A stretch of DNA of 63,815 bases, filler included, from Craspedostauros australis (Eukaryota): NCBI GenBank assembly GCA_030167865.1. It is 5 parts of 5 records of this genome, joined end to end, with 100 filler letters (N's around TTAATTAATTAA, not from the genome) between each part and the next. Parts side by side here need not be neighbours in the genome. Positions count along the whole stretch, not along the records: positions 1 to 22,118 come from JALAGF010000902.1; positions 22,219 to 28,149 come from JALAGF010000905.1; 3 more parts are not named here. One strand, 5' to 3'. Position numbers and translations under genes: made by a program. Below the pieces are notes generated by a model that worked only from the letters and a program-made list of their open reading frames with translations, searched no databases and was not told the DNA's origin. Position 1 is the stretch's first letter; each line of letters opens with the position of its first letter. Below are positions 11,672-23,928 of the stretch, piece after piece.

Positions 11672-14600
11672 TCATGGTGTTGCATCCTCCACACTCGTGC
11701 CAAGCTTTTCGACGAATTGAGCAACGATGCTCTCGCCCTTTCGTGCCCACTCCTCGCGATTGGCCATGGCGTAGTCCAAGCACTCGTCACTGGACACGCC
11801 AAACACTCCGCAGCTCTCAAGCTTGCCAGCCAGTGGAATCACGTAGTTGTCGAAGAACCACAGCTCGCCTTTGTACCAGCCTTCAGCAGGATGCTTCGCC
11901 GCTCGCCCTTGCTTGTAGGCCTCATGCATCTCGCGGAACAACCGTTCGTTCCATGTCTGATAGACATGCCAGTGCTGCATGGTGTGTGCCACATCGGATG
12001 CCTGGATGATGTGCTCGATGACGATCGTCGCCTTGCGGTTCCTATCAACGGAATGTGCGGCCTCCGTCCTGTCAGCGCTGCTAACCTCAGGGCAGCAGCT
12101 CTCCGCAAATGCCAGATTCCACCGATCCTTGCGCAGCTTGCCCAGCTCCTTGTCGAAGATGTCGGTGGCGAGGACGGAATTGACGATGATCTGCCGGAAT
12201 CTCTTCATTTCGTCTTCGTTGGTGTAGATGCATCGTCGCAAAGCCTTGAAGCGATTGGCCATCAGCATTCCCCAGGCGATATCCACGGAGTTTTGCTCGG
12301 CGACGCTCTTGTTCTTGTACATGTCCCCAAGCTCCGCATCTTCGACGATGAGCTGCGCGTTGGATACACCTCTGTGGTCAACATCGTGGATGAGAGCCGA
12401 GAGGACGACAGCGAACTGAGTCAACGGGTCCGAAGTGATGCCGTAGGTGTGATCGTGCAGCTCTTCTGCACCTCGCTTCGAGCTCCGGTTGTGATTCGTA
12501 CCACCCATCTCGTGAATGATGTCCGGCCGCTTCGGCGCAACGATACGGGACAGCAGCTTGTGCACCGACATGGCGACGTGACTGGCGTGCTCGAAGTTGT
12601 GGAACGGGTTGCCTCGGTACGATGTGGCAACCAGGGTGACGAAGTCCTTCATCTGCTGCTCGACTCCGGGTGGAAAGTCCGCAGATGAAGTGTGCGCACG
12701 GTCGTAGTTGTGCCACAGTGCAAAATCTGGCAATTCCACGACAGGCACCACCTCCTCAAGCACAGTGTCCGAGCGTCCGATCGTGTTCTCCAATTCATCC
12801 AATCGAGATTCAGTCTTGCCGTTAGCAGCATGGACGCTGCCGGTCGACTGAGAGCTTCGGCTGGCCATGACTTGCTTCAGCAGCTTCATGAGGAAGCTAA
12901 TGTTCCAATCCACGAGGCGCTGGATGTGCCGGTCCTTGATGCCCAACTGACGCAACTGCGATTGGCTTGCGTTCGTGGATGCAACGGAAGTGTCCTCACT
13001 GTGTTGATATGCGAAGGAGCATCCATCGATCAACACGCCATCGTTGTCGCACAGCCAATAGGTTTGAAGCTCGCCCTTGCCCTTCGCAAAGACGACATCT
13101 TCTCGTGGCTGCACCCAGTGCCCCTTGTCTCTGTCCATCAGCTGATTGGCCGTCTGTTGCGACAGCTGGATGCGATTGGGTAGACCCGTCGATTCGATCC
13201 TGGCAGCAGTGTTGACCGTGTCGCCGAACAACTGGAATCGTGCCTTCTCACCCCGGAGGACGCCTGCCGTCGTCGGCCCGCTGTGCAAACCAAATCGCAT
13301 CCCGAGCTTGCCGGTTCCAGGACCCAGTGTCACCTCCAGCCTGTGAACGACACGTCGCATACCGACGACGCACTCTCTGGCGAACCGCGACATGACCACC
13401 GCGTGGTCCGGGCGGGGTGTTGGAAGACCTGCCACTGCTACGTAGCAATCACCCACGGTTTCGACCTTGAAGATCTTGCGCCGTTTCGCGATGCGATCGA
13501 ACGAGCTATACACACCTTCCAGCAGCGCGAATACGTGCGTTGGCTCACGCATCGAGCTCCATGCCGTGAATCCTTGAATGTCGGCAAACATGACTGTCGT
13601 GTGGGGGAACAGATCGGCCACAGGTGATCCGACGGTATCAGTCCCATGCGTCACCTTACTTCCCATGAGTACACCTTCCTGCGGCGTGCCACCGAGTTGA
13701 CCATCGTCTCTCACTCTCTTTCGATTGTGGAACAGCCGATCACGGAACTCGGATGGAAAGAGTTCAGACACGATGGCATCGGTTTTCGCAGCTGAGGTCA
13801 TGACCTTGGCCTGCCTCCTTTGAACCAGCCTGTCGTACCCAACGAACACCAACGATGTCATTGCGAAGACAAGGACGACGATCGTCGTGAACACAGCCGG
13901 CGTGGACGTCGTGTACGTCGCGTGCATGTCATCCGTTGGGTAGATGGTGAGGGAATATGTGCACAAATGGGCATCATTCTCGTATGGTTGAGACGCTTTG
14001 ATGATGGCAGACTTCTTGAGGTGCTGGTGCTTGGGCTCGTGAATATCACCCAGCCCAACGTAAGTGGTGCGCGGTCCTTGCATGAGGTAGGTGAAGCTGG
14101 CCCCGCAGCTTGTGGAAACCACAATGCTGATATCCCCAACACCCTCTCCGAGCACGCCGGAGAGGAAGGCGCTCCACAGGTTGGTTGCCATGACAACGCC
14201 AGCCACAGTCGCAGTGCTTGTGAAGTTCGACATGGCCGGGACAACGAAGTTGGATCCTGGCTCTGTGGTTTGGAGTACGCCATTGGCGATTAGGCTGATA
14301 TTGTACATGTCCGAGAAGAAGGGTTGCCTGCCCCTGTCAAGAGTTTGTACGGCATCAGCAAACTGCGGGAGGGATGCAAGGTTGCCATTTACGCCAAGGA
14401 GCATGTCGGGGATAGGTGGACTTCCGGCAACAAGTGGAAGCCACGGCGGGGGCTCTTTGGTGCTTGGCCATCCGTCCGGCGGAGGCAATGCACCGATATC
14501 GGAGTTCTGTTCGAGTGCATAGATGTGCGGTGTGAGCGTGGCGTACTCGGCCGCGGGGACACCAAGCTCCGCCAGCATCTCTGTGATGTCCTGCTCTGCA

Positions 14601-15361
14601 TTGGCAGCGCTGTAGGCCTCGAATCTTTCGCGTTCCTCCGCCGTTCGTAGGATGGGGGCGAAACCTGTGGCGATCGTGCCAGCCGTGACTTGGGTTTGAA
14701 GTCCGAATCGAGTGAGGTGTGGCACGGTCATGGCGGACCAGTCGCTACCACTGCTGAGCACGTATGCTGTGATCTGCTTGGAGAGTCCAGTGTAGACCCC
14801 CATGGCGACATCCGCTTTTCTTCCAACCAGATTGATGATCTCTGATGCGAAAGATTCGAACTGTTCGCAGGAGGTTGTGGGGGGAGGGAGAGAGGGATTG
14901 GAGTATGGTTAGAATGTGATGGCAGAGCAGGAAAGGTCGATAGATCATCGTCGTGAGAACCATGACAACAAGGTTGATGCAGTGCTCCCGCATCGTCACA
15001 AGCTCTGACTTACGTCATGTTCGAATACATGCTCTTCCGCCTGTGTCGCGAAGTAATAGGTGAGGTACGCGGCTCCTGAGGCGGCCAGCAGCAACGCCAC
15101 GAAGAAGACTACACGTCCCAACACCACCGCCCTGTTTTCTTGGTATGCGATGTGGAATCGGTCTTCATCTGCTTGGGTGCCGCTGCCGTCGACGCTGCCT
15201 GTGGCTTCAGATCTGGGCACCGCATCGGCGAAGTCCAAGCTTTCGCTATCCCGCCTTGGATGGAAGTTGGCAGATGTTCCTTTGTTCATGATGGCACCTT
15301 GGTGATGTGTCGCTATGAGTGCGCTGGGTGTCGGAGCCATGTGAGATGGTAACTTTGACAT
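11672..15361 (-). CDS. Receptor-type class III nucleotide cyclase fused to a class I cyclic-nucleotide phosphodiesterase (TM - sensor - TM - cyclase - PDE)
   Basis: Exon 1 is 15361-15014 (start codon uncertain), with a GTAAGT..CAG intron at 15013-14861, then exon 2 at 14860-11672. Cyclase motifs: VMFADIQGFT, KVETVGDCY, RFGLHSGP, RFQLFGDTVNTAARIES. PDE motifs: PFHNFEHASHV, IHDVDHRGVSN, LATDI, IQASDVAH. Two hydrophobic helices flank a ~320-aa CHASE-like-sized loop. Confidence 0.9.
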
Positions 15362-17040
15362 TTGTGCCTATCATATTTTGTGAGCGCTTGTTGTTTGGAG
15401 GACATCGATGATGTCGTTCATCGCGAGAAGTCGCTTTGCTTTGTTCTGCAATGCCGGCATGCTGATGGAGAATCTTCGGTGGTCCTTTCTGAGACTGGTG
15501 TGGCACAGCTTGCGCATGCAAGAACGAGTCGCCTGCTCCAACTCGACGTTGTTTGGATGGCATGAATACATCACGCACATCAGAATGAGGACCAAAGGAA
15601 TTGGATCCCAACGAACATCATGCTGTGTTGTGCTGTGTTGTGCCCGCTGTGGTCATGGGAAGAGAAAGGGATGATGGTGCTTTGGACGGTGCGGCAATCG
15701 CTTCTGTCACAGGTAGGACACAGAATCCTTCTCACTCTGGAGGCCGTCCGCGCCGATGACGCGACTCTGTTTCTGCTTCTCTGACATCTCAGGGATGCAC
15801 AAGTCGGATGACCAGAAAAAGAGGGAGGCGGCAAGGTTGGTCGAAGTGCCTCTTGGCCGTCTCTCTACCAATGCTCGTACATCTCTGCCTCTGCTTGCGC
15901 GTTGGGCAGCATTGGTCGTTGTTGTGAATACGATCCACGTCTGCTCTTGTGCGACTGTTGCGACCGACGACTATTGAATGCCAAGCCGCAACAAAGAGTG
16001 TTGGTGCATTGGCATGTCCGAAGAGTGCTAATCTGCCCACCCTGGGCTCGTTAGGTGGATGTGAGCACACTCCCGAAGTCCGAGTATAAAAGGAAGAGTC
16101 TGCATCATACTCGTGGAGTAGCTGCAAACAGATATTATATTATTCTATTCTATTCTATAATATAATAATAGAATAGATCGTAGCCCTGCTGTCTCTTTGT
16201 GATTGCCCCAAGCGCGACGGAGGAGAGAAATCCGTGATCCGTTGTGGTGGAAAAAGAGCAAAAAAGCTGTTTGCTTGGATGCCCACAATGGGTGACAAAT
16301 ATTCGTGACATGCCTTTCAGCGCGCACAGTTTGAGCTTTAAGTTTGCAATCAGCAACACGCAGTCATCGGTATGGACCTCATCGACTTGCGTTCTGCCTC
16401 TGAACAAGAATACCCAACAGAAAACAAAACACGTTTATAAACCATTAATTTTACAGATTGTGCGTGGACTTGTTCCGTTCCGCGCGGCCGCAGCGACCGT
16501 GTACACTGAACCCTCCCGATCCATCGCACCGACTATCTCTCTTCTCTCGGCAGCGCAAATGCAGCTGCCCTTGTTCTCGTTTGTCTAGTTGGCCTCGCAT
16601 TCACGCACTCACTCACTCAGCTCACTCAGCTCAATGACTATACAACTTGACGCACACACAACATGATTCGAACGTCAACAGCAATACGATCCACGTCCAA
16701 TCATCCTGGGGCGTGCGAGTGTCATCCATTTGTTGGTTTGGACGAAGTCAAATGCTCCCGACAGAGAGACTACATTTACAGTTGTCCCGTGCCTGCTCCT
16801 GTTGGAGTGTCTATTTGTGCTATGCCCAAACCAGGAGCCAGGTGGAGGACTGTCCGATACAATAATAATCGTGGGAAGGAGTAGAGTAACACTCTTGCTA
16901 TGTGGTCGTGCGCTATTTATGTGCTGCGCCTTCCATCCGTCCTGAGTATCGCCGCGGAGCGCCTCATTTACATCACTGTACCATACCGTACCCCCCATAC
17001 TGTACGCGTACATGTACATGTATGCACTGAGTGCCGCTCA

Positions 17041-18503
17041 TCACCCGACGATTTCTACCCTCCGTTGCGTATCTCTCGGTGCGTTGGAAACGGAACTCTC
17101 CAGACTGCTGTTGGTGGAATCATTCTCGTCATCCAGAATCTCAATGGCGAAGCATGACACATTGGCCACTTCCGTCGATGCACCCAGCTCCTTCACGATC
17201 GGCGAGACCTTCAATTTGTAATCGCTGGTCTCCGAATCACTGATTGGGATCTTCAACGTCCGGTGGTGGTAGGCGCCGGATGAGCAGAGGCACTCACTCA
17301 GAGGTGTGGACTTGCCGCCGTTCGCACTTTGCAAGATCTTTGAGAATGATGATCCCACGACGTCTTGGTTCGGAAGTCCCGTGAGTCGGAAGAATGGTGC
17401 GTTGGCGTACATGATCGTGTGTGGTTCGAGCGATGTCACGATGAGCCTGTTCGTCGTGTAGTGTAATGTAGTGCGATATGATGCGACATGGCGTGGTATG
17501 GCAAGGACAGTCAGCAATAGACAAGGGGAAAGAGAGAGAGAGAGAGATAGCGTCAGATACATGTCACAACGTAAGGAGGATGGGTCCGCTTTTGTCTTTT
17601 GGCAACCAATGGAAGCATAGGCAACGCTCGGCATCGATTTCTCCTTTCAAGACAGCTCGTTTCACACACCAGCAACCTCATCTCCATCCCTTGTTCGCAT
17701 TGTTCGTCGTACCTTGGTGTTCTCGATAGTTGCAGCATGTCGGTCATTGTGATTGCGGATGCATGAGAAGAAATGACGTGACAAGTGTCCAGCGTTGATC
17801 GTTTTGAACTGGAATCTGTGCTGCGTTCCTTCGTTACGTCGTCCAACCGCAGAGGCAGAACGAAGACGGGCGTGCTGCTTCGGGGGCTGCTCGTCACGGA
17901 ATCGGTCTCTGTGTCGCTCATCGAGTATGTGCTGCCGCTGTCGGAGTCTTGCGCCTGCATCATCTCCTTTTCTCGCGACATGAAGGCAGTGTACGTCTTC
18001 AGAGTCTGGTTGATGAGATCCTGATAGTACGACATGGTCTGCTCACATGGGAAATTGCACGTGGGCTGCAGCGGATCGAAGTCTTTTGACCGGACCAGAC
18101 GGACGCCGTCCAAATTGATGGAATGCCCGCCGACCCTTGTCGTGAACGTCTTCTCCGTTGGGAGCTCCGGATACATCATGCCCGCACGTGCCAGATCCGC
18201 TCGGACGCTGGAAGCAGCAAACTGACGCTCGCAGTTCTTGCGTCGTTTGGGACAGGAATGCATGTTGCTCATGTTGCTTCGTTTGCTGCCTGCGTACAGA
18301 TCGATCGACACCATCGGCGGCGTCAGGGTCGAATTCGAAGACTCTTCCTTATCCGCAGAATAGCCGCTGACGCTGTCATTCTTGCGCGACTTCCTCCGCA
18401 TCGAGGACGACGGTCGTTTGCTTCTGAAACTTCCGTTGCTGCTGTTGCTATTGCTGCTGCTGTAGTCGCCTGTCAGCAGGCGTGCGCTGATTGGTGATAC
18501 CAT
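17041..18503 (-). CDS. Ser-rich protein with a C-terminal PAS-like domain
   Basis: Exon 1 is 18503-17713, with a GTACGA..AACAG intron at 17712-17447, then exon 2 at 17446-17041, all in frame. The C-terminal RLIVTSLEPHTIMYANAPFFRLTGLPNQDVVGSSFSKIL matches the PAS N-terminal pattern (I-x-Y-A-N-x-x-F-x-x-L-T-G...V-V-G). Confidence 0.65.
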
Positions 18504-19644
18504 GGTGTCCGCTGGTCGATTGATGATGACAACCGTGGGCAATTGTCGGTTTTCTGATAGCGTCGTCGCTGTGCCTTGCGTCTTGCGTCTTGCGTCTACA
18601 GTACAGTATATCAGTTGACCTCTCTCAACCGTGCTCTCTTTGCGTTGTTGATCTGTGCCTGGCGTACCGAGATGTTCTTGCTCTTGCTCTTGCTCTTGTT
18701 CTTGTTCTGTGGATGTTGTTGCTTTGTTGCTGTGTTGCTGTGTGGCTTCGCTGATTGCTTACTTTGTGTTTTTGTGAGAAGTTGAAGCATCCACCGATCA
18801 GCGAGGACGACCAAATGACCATTCAGACGGTCGGTGGGTGTCTCCATCGATGTACAAGTACTCGTGCATAATAGGTGTTGCAGATGCCGAAAGGTCGAGG
18901 TTGACGGCTGGATGGGTGTCTCCATCTGTGTTGTCGGTTGTTGACGGATTGGTGGTTGTAGGAAGTTGCGGTCGTGTCGCCGACAAGACAAAAACGCACC
19001 AAATGGCGTTCACGTCAGCAAAATGAGAACTGAGGCAGATGACATACCCTCATTTTGGCCACGACAGCAAGCAAAGAATTATCCTTCGGACGTAGCGAAA
19101 TAGAGTTTATCGTCATGTGCGTCACAACTCTGGCCAGATCACCATTTCTCGTTCCCATCTCGAATGACATCATATCGATTTCGTTAAACATGGGGTTCTC
19201 AATGAACGAATGCGAAGACAAAACCGGTACTCAACCTGTCGTCATTCAGAAAAATAGCCACATGCGTGAAGGATTTTGGCCACATCAGCACCCATTCGCG
19301 ATTGGATGTTCTTCATGTTGTGATTCAGTCAGGTCACGTACATTCGTGTCTCACTGTGGACTTGATACAGTCGTCATTGTGTTCGGTCACAATTTCTGAT
19401 GGGTTCTTTCAGCGGCAGACAAGAGAACACCAACACCGCAAACCACATCATCGTCAGCGTCACCATGTGACGAATCGCAACACCAACCGGCACGAGCTGC
19501 TCCATGGCAATAGTAAGCAGATGTATCAGCAGCATCACATCACTCCGCCTTCCGCACAGACGCACACAAAACACAAGCAAATCTCCAAAGAGAGCAAGGA
19601 TAATCACATACTCTACTTTAATCGAGCTCAAGAAGACTGTCACG

Positions 19645-20469
19645 ATGCCAAAGCTGATCGGAAACGTTGTGCGAGTGGTGGAAGTCGGCGGATTCTCCAT
19701 CGACGAGTACGTCGGACAAGCCGGGAGCTCCACCGATGCTGTCTCCATCGCCGTCGTCAAGGCCGCCGAGCCAACGAGCGAGCCTTGGCTGACGATGCAG
19801 TACGAGGAGTACCTGCTGGTGATCAAGGGCGCCGTCGAGATCCATCACGGCGACGGCGAGGTCGTCAAAGCCAGGGCCGGCCAGACCATCTACATCGAGA
19901 AGGGCGTTCGTTTCCGTCCCTTCTTCACGGAACCGGGAACGGAGTACATCCCGGTTTGCATCCCAGCCTTCACGCCGGAACGATGCCATCGCGAAGGTGA
20001 AATTGGCGAGGAGGACAGCGCGGTCGCGGAGAAGGCGCAGGATGGCAAGAAGGGCGACGTGCTGTACCACATGTGCCAAAAGACCCTGTGGGACGCCGCG
20101 GTTGCCTCGGGCAAGGCCTACTTCCCACCCACCTTCATGGAGGATGGAGGATTCACGCATGCCACCAACGTGAAGGAACGCCTTCTGAAGACCGCCAACC
20201 ACTTCTACACCAAGCGCCCCGGCGATTGGATCTGCCTCGAGCTGTCCGAATCCAAGCTGCGCGATCACGGTATCATCACGCGTCACGAGCATCCGATGTC
20301 AGTCGGCGAGCAGGCCGTTGACGACAAATGGAAGGCCAGCGAGTGGGTCTGTCCGCACATTTACGGCGGTATTCCAGTCAACGTGGATGGCATCGTCACA
20401 AATAAAATGACGATGACACGTGATGCCGATGGCAACTTCCTCTCCATAGGGGAGTTGGTCGGTGCCTAA
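19645..20469 (+). CDS. Cupin (EutQ-like) domain fused to DUF952 domain
   Basis: ATG at 19645. Cupin region: SEPWLTMQYEEYLLVIKG...ARAGQTIYIEKG...YIPVCIPAFTPE. DUF952 region: LYHM...WDAA...GFTHAT...ANHFY...CPHIYGGI. Codon usage is GC3-rich. Confidence 0.8.
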   Translation: MPKLIGNVVRVVEVGGFSIDEYVGQAGSSTDAVSIAVVKAAEPTSEPWLTMQYEEYLLVIKGAVEIHHGDGEVVKARAGQTIYIEKGVRFRPFFTEPGTEYIPVCIPAFTPERCHREGEIGEEDSAVAEKAQDGKKGDVLYHMCQKTLWDAAVASGKAYFPPTFMEDGGFTHATNVKERLLKTANHFYTKRPGDWICLELSESKLRDHGIITRHEHPMSVGEQAVDDKWKASEWVCPHIYGGIPVNVDGIVTNKMTMTRDADGNFLSIGELVGA

Positions 20470-20913
20470 AGGAAGGAAGTACCACCCCAGTAGGTATGCT
20501 AATGGGAACGACGATGGCAATGGTAATGTAGATCATTCTTCTCATCATTATGCACTCTACCAGTCCTAAAGTTGGCTTCGATTATGCTCAACAACAGGGC
20601 GGGCCAGACCACCATGTACATGATACAGTGGGTATATATATATTCCTGTGCATGCGGTATTGTATGTATGAGAGTAGAGTCAAATCGCATCGAATCAGGT
20701 TGTCCGCATAAAGCGAATCATTAATTGCGTTAGCATGTATTAGCACAAGTGGCATTGTATCTCGAACGATGCGGTTACTGCATCACATTCTACCGCTTGT
20801 TGTTTCAGAGTACGCAAAGGGAAGTGAGTCTTCCATGCGCATTTCATCTCATTCCATGTTCATGAGGTTTTACCCCGCTTCACACCGTCACTCCAAGCTA
20901 TCACACTGCTTGC

Positions 20914-21663
20914 CTACATCGAACCCAGAGGATTCTTGATCTGCAGCTGATCACAGTACCTCCAAAGGATATCCGGCGAAACGAAGGCATCCATCTCATG
21001 CACGATGCAATCGTTGACCACGTAGGATTGCAGAATGGACGCGCCAGGCCCCACGACGATGTCGCCCGTCTCCTTGGCCGCAAATCCCAAAAATCCGCCC
21101 GTCTTCGCCCTGCCGACTGGAACCTCGCCGCTCATCGTGACGACGCCCGCGACTACTGTGTTGGGCAGCGTTCCATCCTTGGGACGTCCTCGCGTCCAGT
21201 CCTCCGTCTTGAGCTCCATGGCCGTGACGGCGGATCCCACCACGATGTGATAACCCGCCATCTTTTCGACGATCTCGAGGTTGCGCGGATCCTGCAGCTG
21301 CGAACGCTTCTTGTCGCCGAGCTTCTCGAAGGCATCTTCGTTGGGGGCAAAAATGGTGAGAGGTCCGGGCTGGTTCAACGTCTTGCGCGTTGCCTCCGGA
21401 ATGATCTGCAGCATGGATGGGAACTTCTTCTCCAGGAGCCTCAGGACCGCGGTCGTTTCTGTGTCCTCCGTGTTGTCGTCGCTCGCAAGGCGAAGAATCG
21501 TCCTGGATGGTGCAGTTGCTCTGTGCATCAGTGCGGAGGCAGTTGCACGCGATTGCCTTGCGTGAAGGTGTGCGGGTGCTTGGAAGGCATCGCTGCTCGA
21601 GATCGCGACGGCTGCAAAGAGAGCCGCCGCAACCAGGGTACTTGCATGCAATCGCAATTTCAT
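20914..21663 (-). CDS. Fasciclin (FAS1) domain protein, probably plastid-targeted
   Basis: Signal peptide ending SSDA|FQAP, then an Arg/Ser/Ala-rich transit peptide. FAS1 motifs: H1 LTIFAPNEDAF, YHIV, and H2 IVHEMDAFV. Confidence 0.85.
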   Translation of the reverse strand: MKLRLHASTLVAAALFAAVAISSSDAFQAPAHLHARQSRATASALMHRATAPSRTILRLASDDNTEDTETTAVLRLLEKKFPSMLQIIPEATRKTLNQPGPLTIFAPNEDAFEKLGDKKRSQLQDPRNLEIVEKMAGYHIVVGSAVTAMELKTEDWTRGRPKDGTLPNTVVAGVVTMSGEVPVGRAKTGGFLGFAAKETGDIVVGPGASILQSYVVNDCIVHEMDAFVSPDILWRYCDQLQIKNPLGSM

Positions 21664-22118
21664 CTTCTGATAACTGTGGTTGTTGTTGCTGTTGTTGCTG
21701 TTGTTGTTGTTGTTGCTGTTGTTCTGATTGTGATTGTGATTGTGAGCATGGATGCTTTTGTTGTTGCTGTTGTCGTCGTGGAGGCTGAATCTGTGCAGAT
21801 TCAGGTCTGGATAATGATGCTGATGCTCATTCGGCGACTCTTGTGATGACGATGCAGAGGATGACAGTTGTGGGTGATGACGACAATCATGTTCCTTTTT
21901 CCACGAAATTCGATTCGCTTCGAAAAAATCAAGACGAAGAACACGATCTCGGCTGACGCGGAAAGCAAATCACGAAGGAGCTAACTTAGCCCCGTGGGAA
22001 GCGCGGTAAATGCCATATAATGGTCGGTTTTTGCTTTCTTCACGCTTGAGGCATGTTGCACGGTTTTGGGATCGGTAAAGTCATGCACAAATGGGACTAC
22101 TTGAGCACGCCTTTCCCG

Positions 22119-22218
22119 NNNNNNNNNNNNNNNNNNNNNNNNNNNNNNNNNNNNNNNNNNNNTTAATTAATTAANNNNNNNNNNNNNNNNNNNNNNNNNN
22201 NNNNNNNNNNNNNNNNNN
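22119..22218. other. Artificial contig-joining linker (N44-TTAATTAATTAA-N44)
   Basis: The 12-mer at 22163-22174 has stops in all six frames and sits inside Ns. Three identical linkers occur elsewhere in the window. Confidence 0.95.
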
Positions 22219-22474
22219 GTGTGCATCATACAACAGGAACAGATGCCCAATCGGAGGTGGCGATTTTGCCAACACCACCACAATCACCAGCAACCAGAAG
22301 TTCGAAAGTCTCAGAAATTGGAAGAATAAGGGCATGGCCAGACGAGATGGCAACAGCAGGATCACCCCAATGGATCGTGCCATCCCAGGCAGGCGGTGTG
22401 CAGCATACAACACAAACAGATGCCCAAACGGAGGTGGCGATCTTGCCATCACCACCATCACCGGCATCAAAAAG
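22219..22474 (+). repeat. Imperfect direct repeat (~80 bp, 177-bp offset) within a gap-truncated ORF end (22221-22787)
   Basis: GTGTGCATCATACAACAGGAACAGATGCCCAATCGGAGGTGGCGATTTTGCCA at 22219 versus GTGTGCAGCATACAACACAAACAGATGCCCAAACGGAGGTGGCGATCTTGCCA at 22396. Confidence 0.8.
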
Positions 22475-23928
22475 AGGAGCCGAAACAGCTGGAGTCCGGA
22501 TGCCATCGCCAAGTGCAACTTTGGCATCAACCGAATCGGTCCCAAAAGATGATGCAAGAGGAGAGACAGCAGAAGGAAGCATCCAACAGCCGCCGCAGGT
22601 TGCAACAGTGCCCACAACAACGGCGGAAGCAACCACGAATAATTTCACAATGGCAGAACAAGCAATAGGAGACGAACAATCACAGCACCAGCATGATGAC
22701 CAAGAGAAAGAACGAAGAAAGCCGACTACTACTGGGATGAGGACCCGTGGGAGGTCAGCACGACAACGCCGTGGTGATGCAAGTTAACCACCTCAGCAAG
22801 GCAAACGAGAATACCATAAATAGTGGAGTCAGAATGTACAATGTTTGCTTGTTGTAACTAGACGAATCCTGCTGATGGAATGCAACAAGTCAACTGGCAA
22901 GAGAGCCACAACAACATCCGCAACCCCCATTCGAAGAGAGGGGAACATGCTGACTCTGTGGCTGTCGAATGTGTGGAATCGCATGAAGAGGCGAAGGATC
23001 CGTGGACCAGAATGAAAAAAGCCAAAAAACAACAAGATGCAGTCCGTGCACAACATGATAATGAGCAAAAAAGCCACAAGTTGTTTTTGAAAATACGCAA
23101 GAATTTTTCGCCATTTGGTGGCCCGCATCCCTTTTCGACTTTCGTTTTCCTTCGTCGCAATTTAAAAAAAACGCCGTTTTCCCTTCCCCTCCCAAGAAGA
23201 GAAGACAGAGGGGCAGCAGCATCCACACTTCTCTCTGCCTTCTTGCTTCCCTCCATGTTCGTCTTCCTTTGCATTTTTGCCGCCAAACAACGCGCGCAAA
23301 AGGAAATCGATTCGTGTTTCCTGTTGTGCCCTGTCACGAAGCAATCACAACAGTCATCGTTCTCCGACCACATCGAACACTTGCTTCTCCAAGTAGTCCA
23401 AGGAATCCATTCTGCGGTCATTTTCCCAATGACTCGGCTGAATGCGTCACAACACAGACATTGGGCGATGATGGAGCAGTGATGGGAAGCCGAATCGAGC
23501 CCAACACAATTGGACCCAACGCACCGCACCAACGCAACAACTTCACAACCTCTCTGTTGCGAACACCAAAGTGCACAACACTTCCATTCGCAAACAAGAG
23601 GAGACACAAGCGCAAGCACAAACACAAACGCAGACAAACAGAATTGAGCCTGACCATACTGAATCGAATCGAAGTTATACTCTATCACAATCCCTTTCGA
23701 AGTGCAAGAATCAAGCTATCGTTGAGTTATCAGCAAAGTGAAGTAAAGTCAGGTCGATCCATTGCAGTTGCAGTTGCAGTCACAGTCGCCGAAGACGTTG
23801 ACGTCTCCCTCCAACACCAACCGCAACACAACTGCAGCAACAGCGACGCTACGCTCCGTTACGTGACAGAAGAAGTCTCAGCACAACCATCAGCACAAGT
23901 TCGTACTCGCACATTGAAACCTGCAAAG

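Noticed and set aside
8295..12688. Long antisense ORFs (e.g. 8295-9167, 8672-9493, 11534-12688; similarly 34569-35684, 52639-53724, 59705-60649)
   Set aside because: They are shadows of GC3-rich genes on the opposite strand and carry no motifs.
16132..16176. AT-rich hairpin-like tract (also 53707-53742) as origin or centromere signal
   Set aside because: It is too short and is explained by low-complexity (TATTC)n/(ATAGA)n repeats.
21678..21724. Poly-Cys/poly-Val ORFs from (GTT/GCT)n
   Set aside because: This is a simple trinucleotide repeat in the FAS1 5' region, and such microsatellites are common throughout the window.
22163..22174. TTAATTAATTAA as a biological repeat or piggyBac TTAA target site
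   Set aside because: It always sits centred in exactly 44+44 Ns, which marks an assembly spacer.
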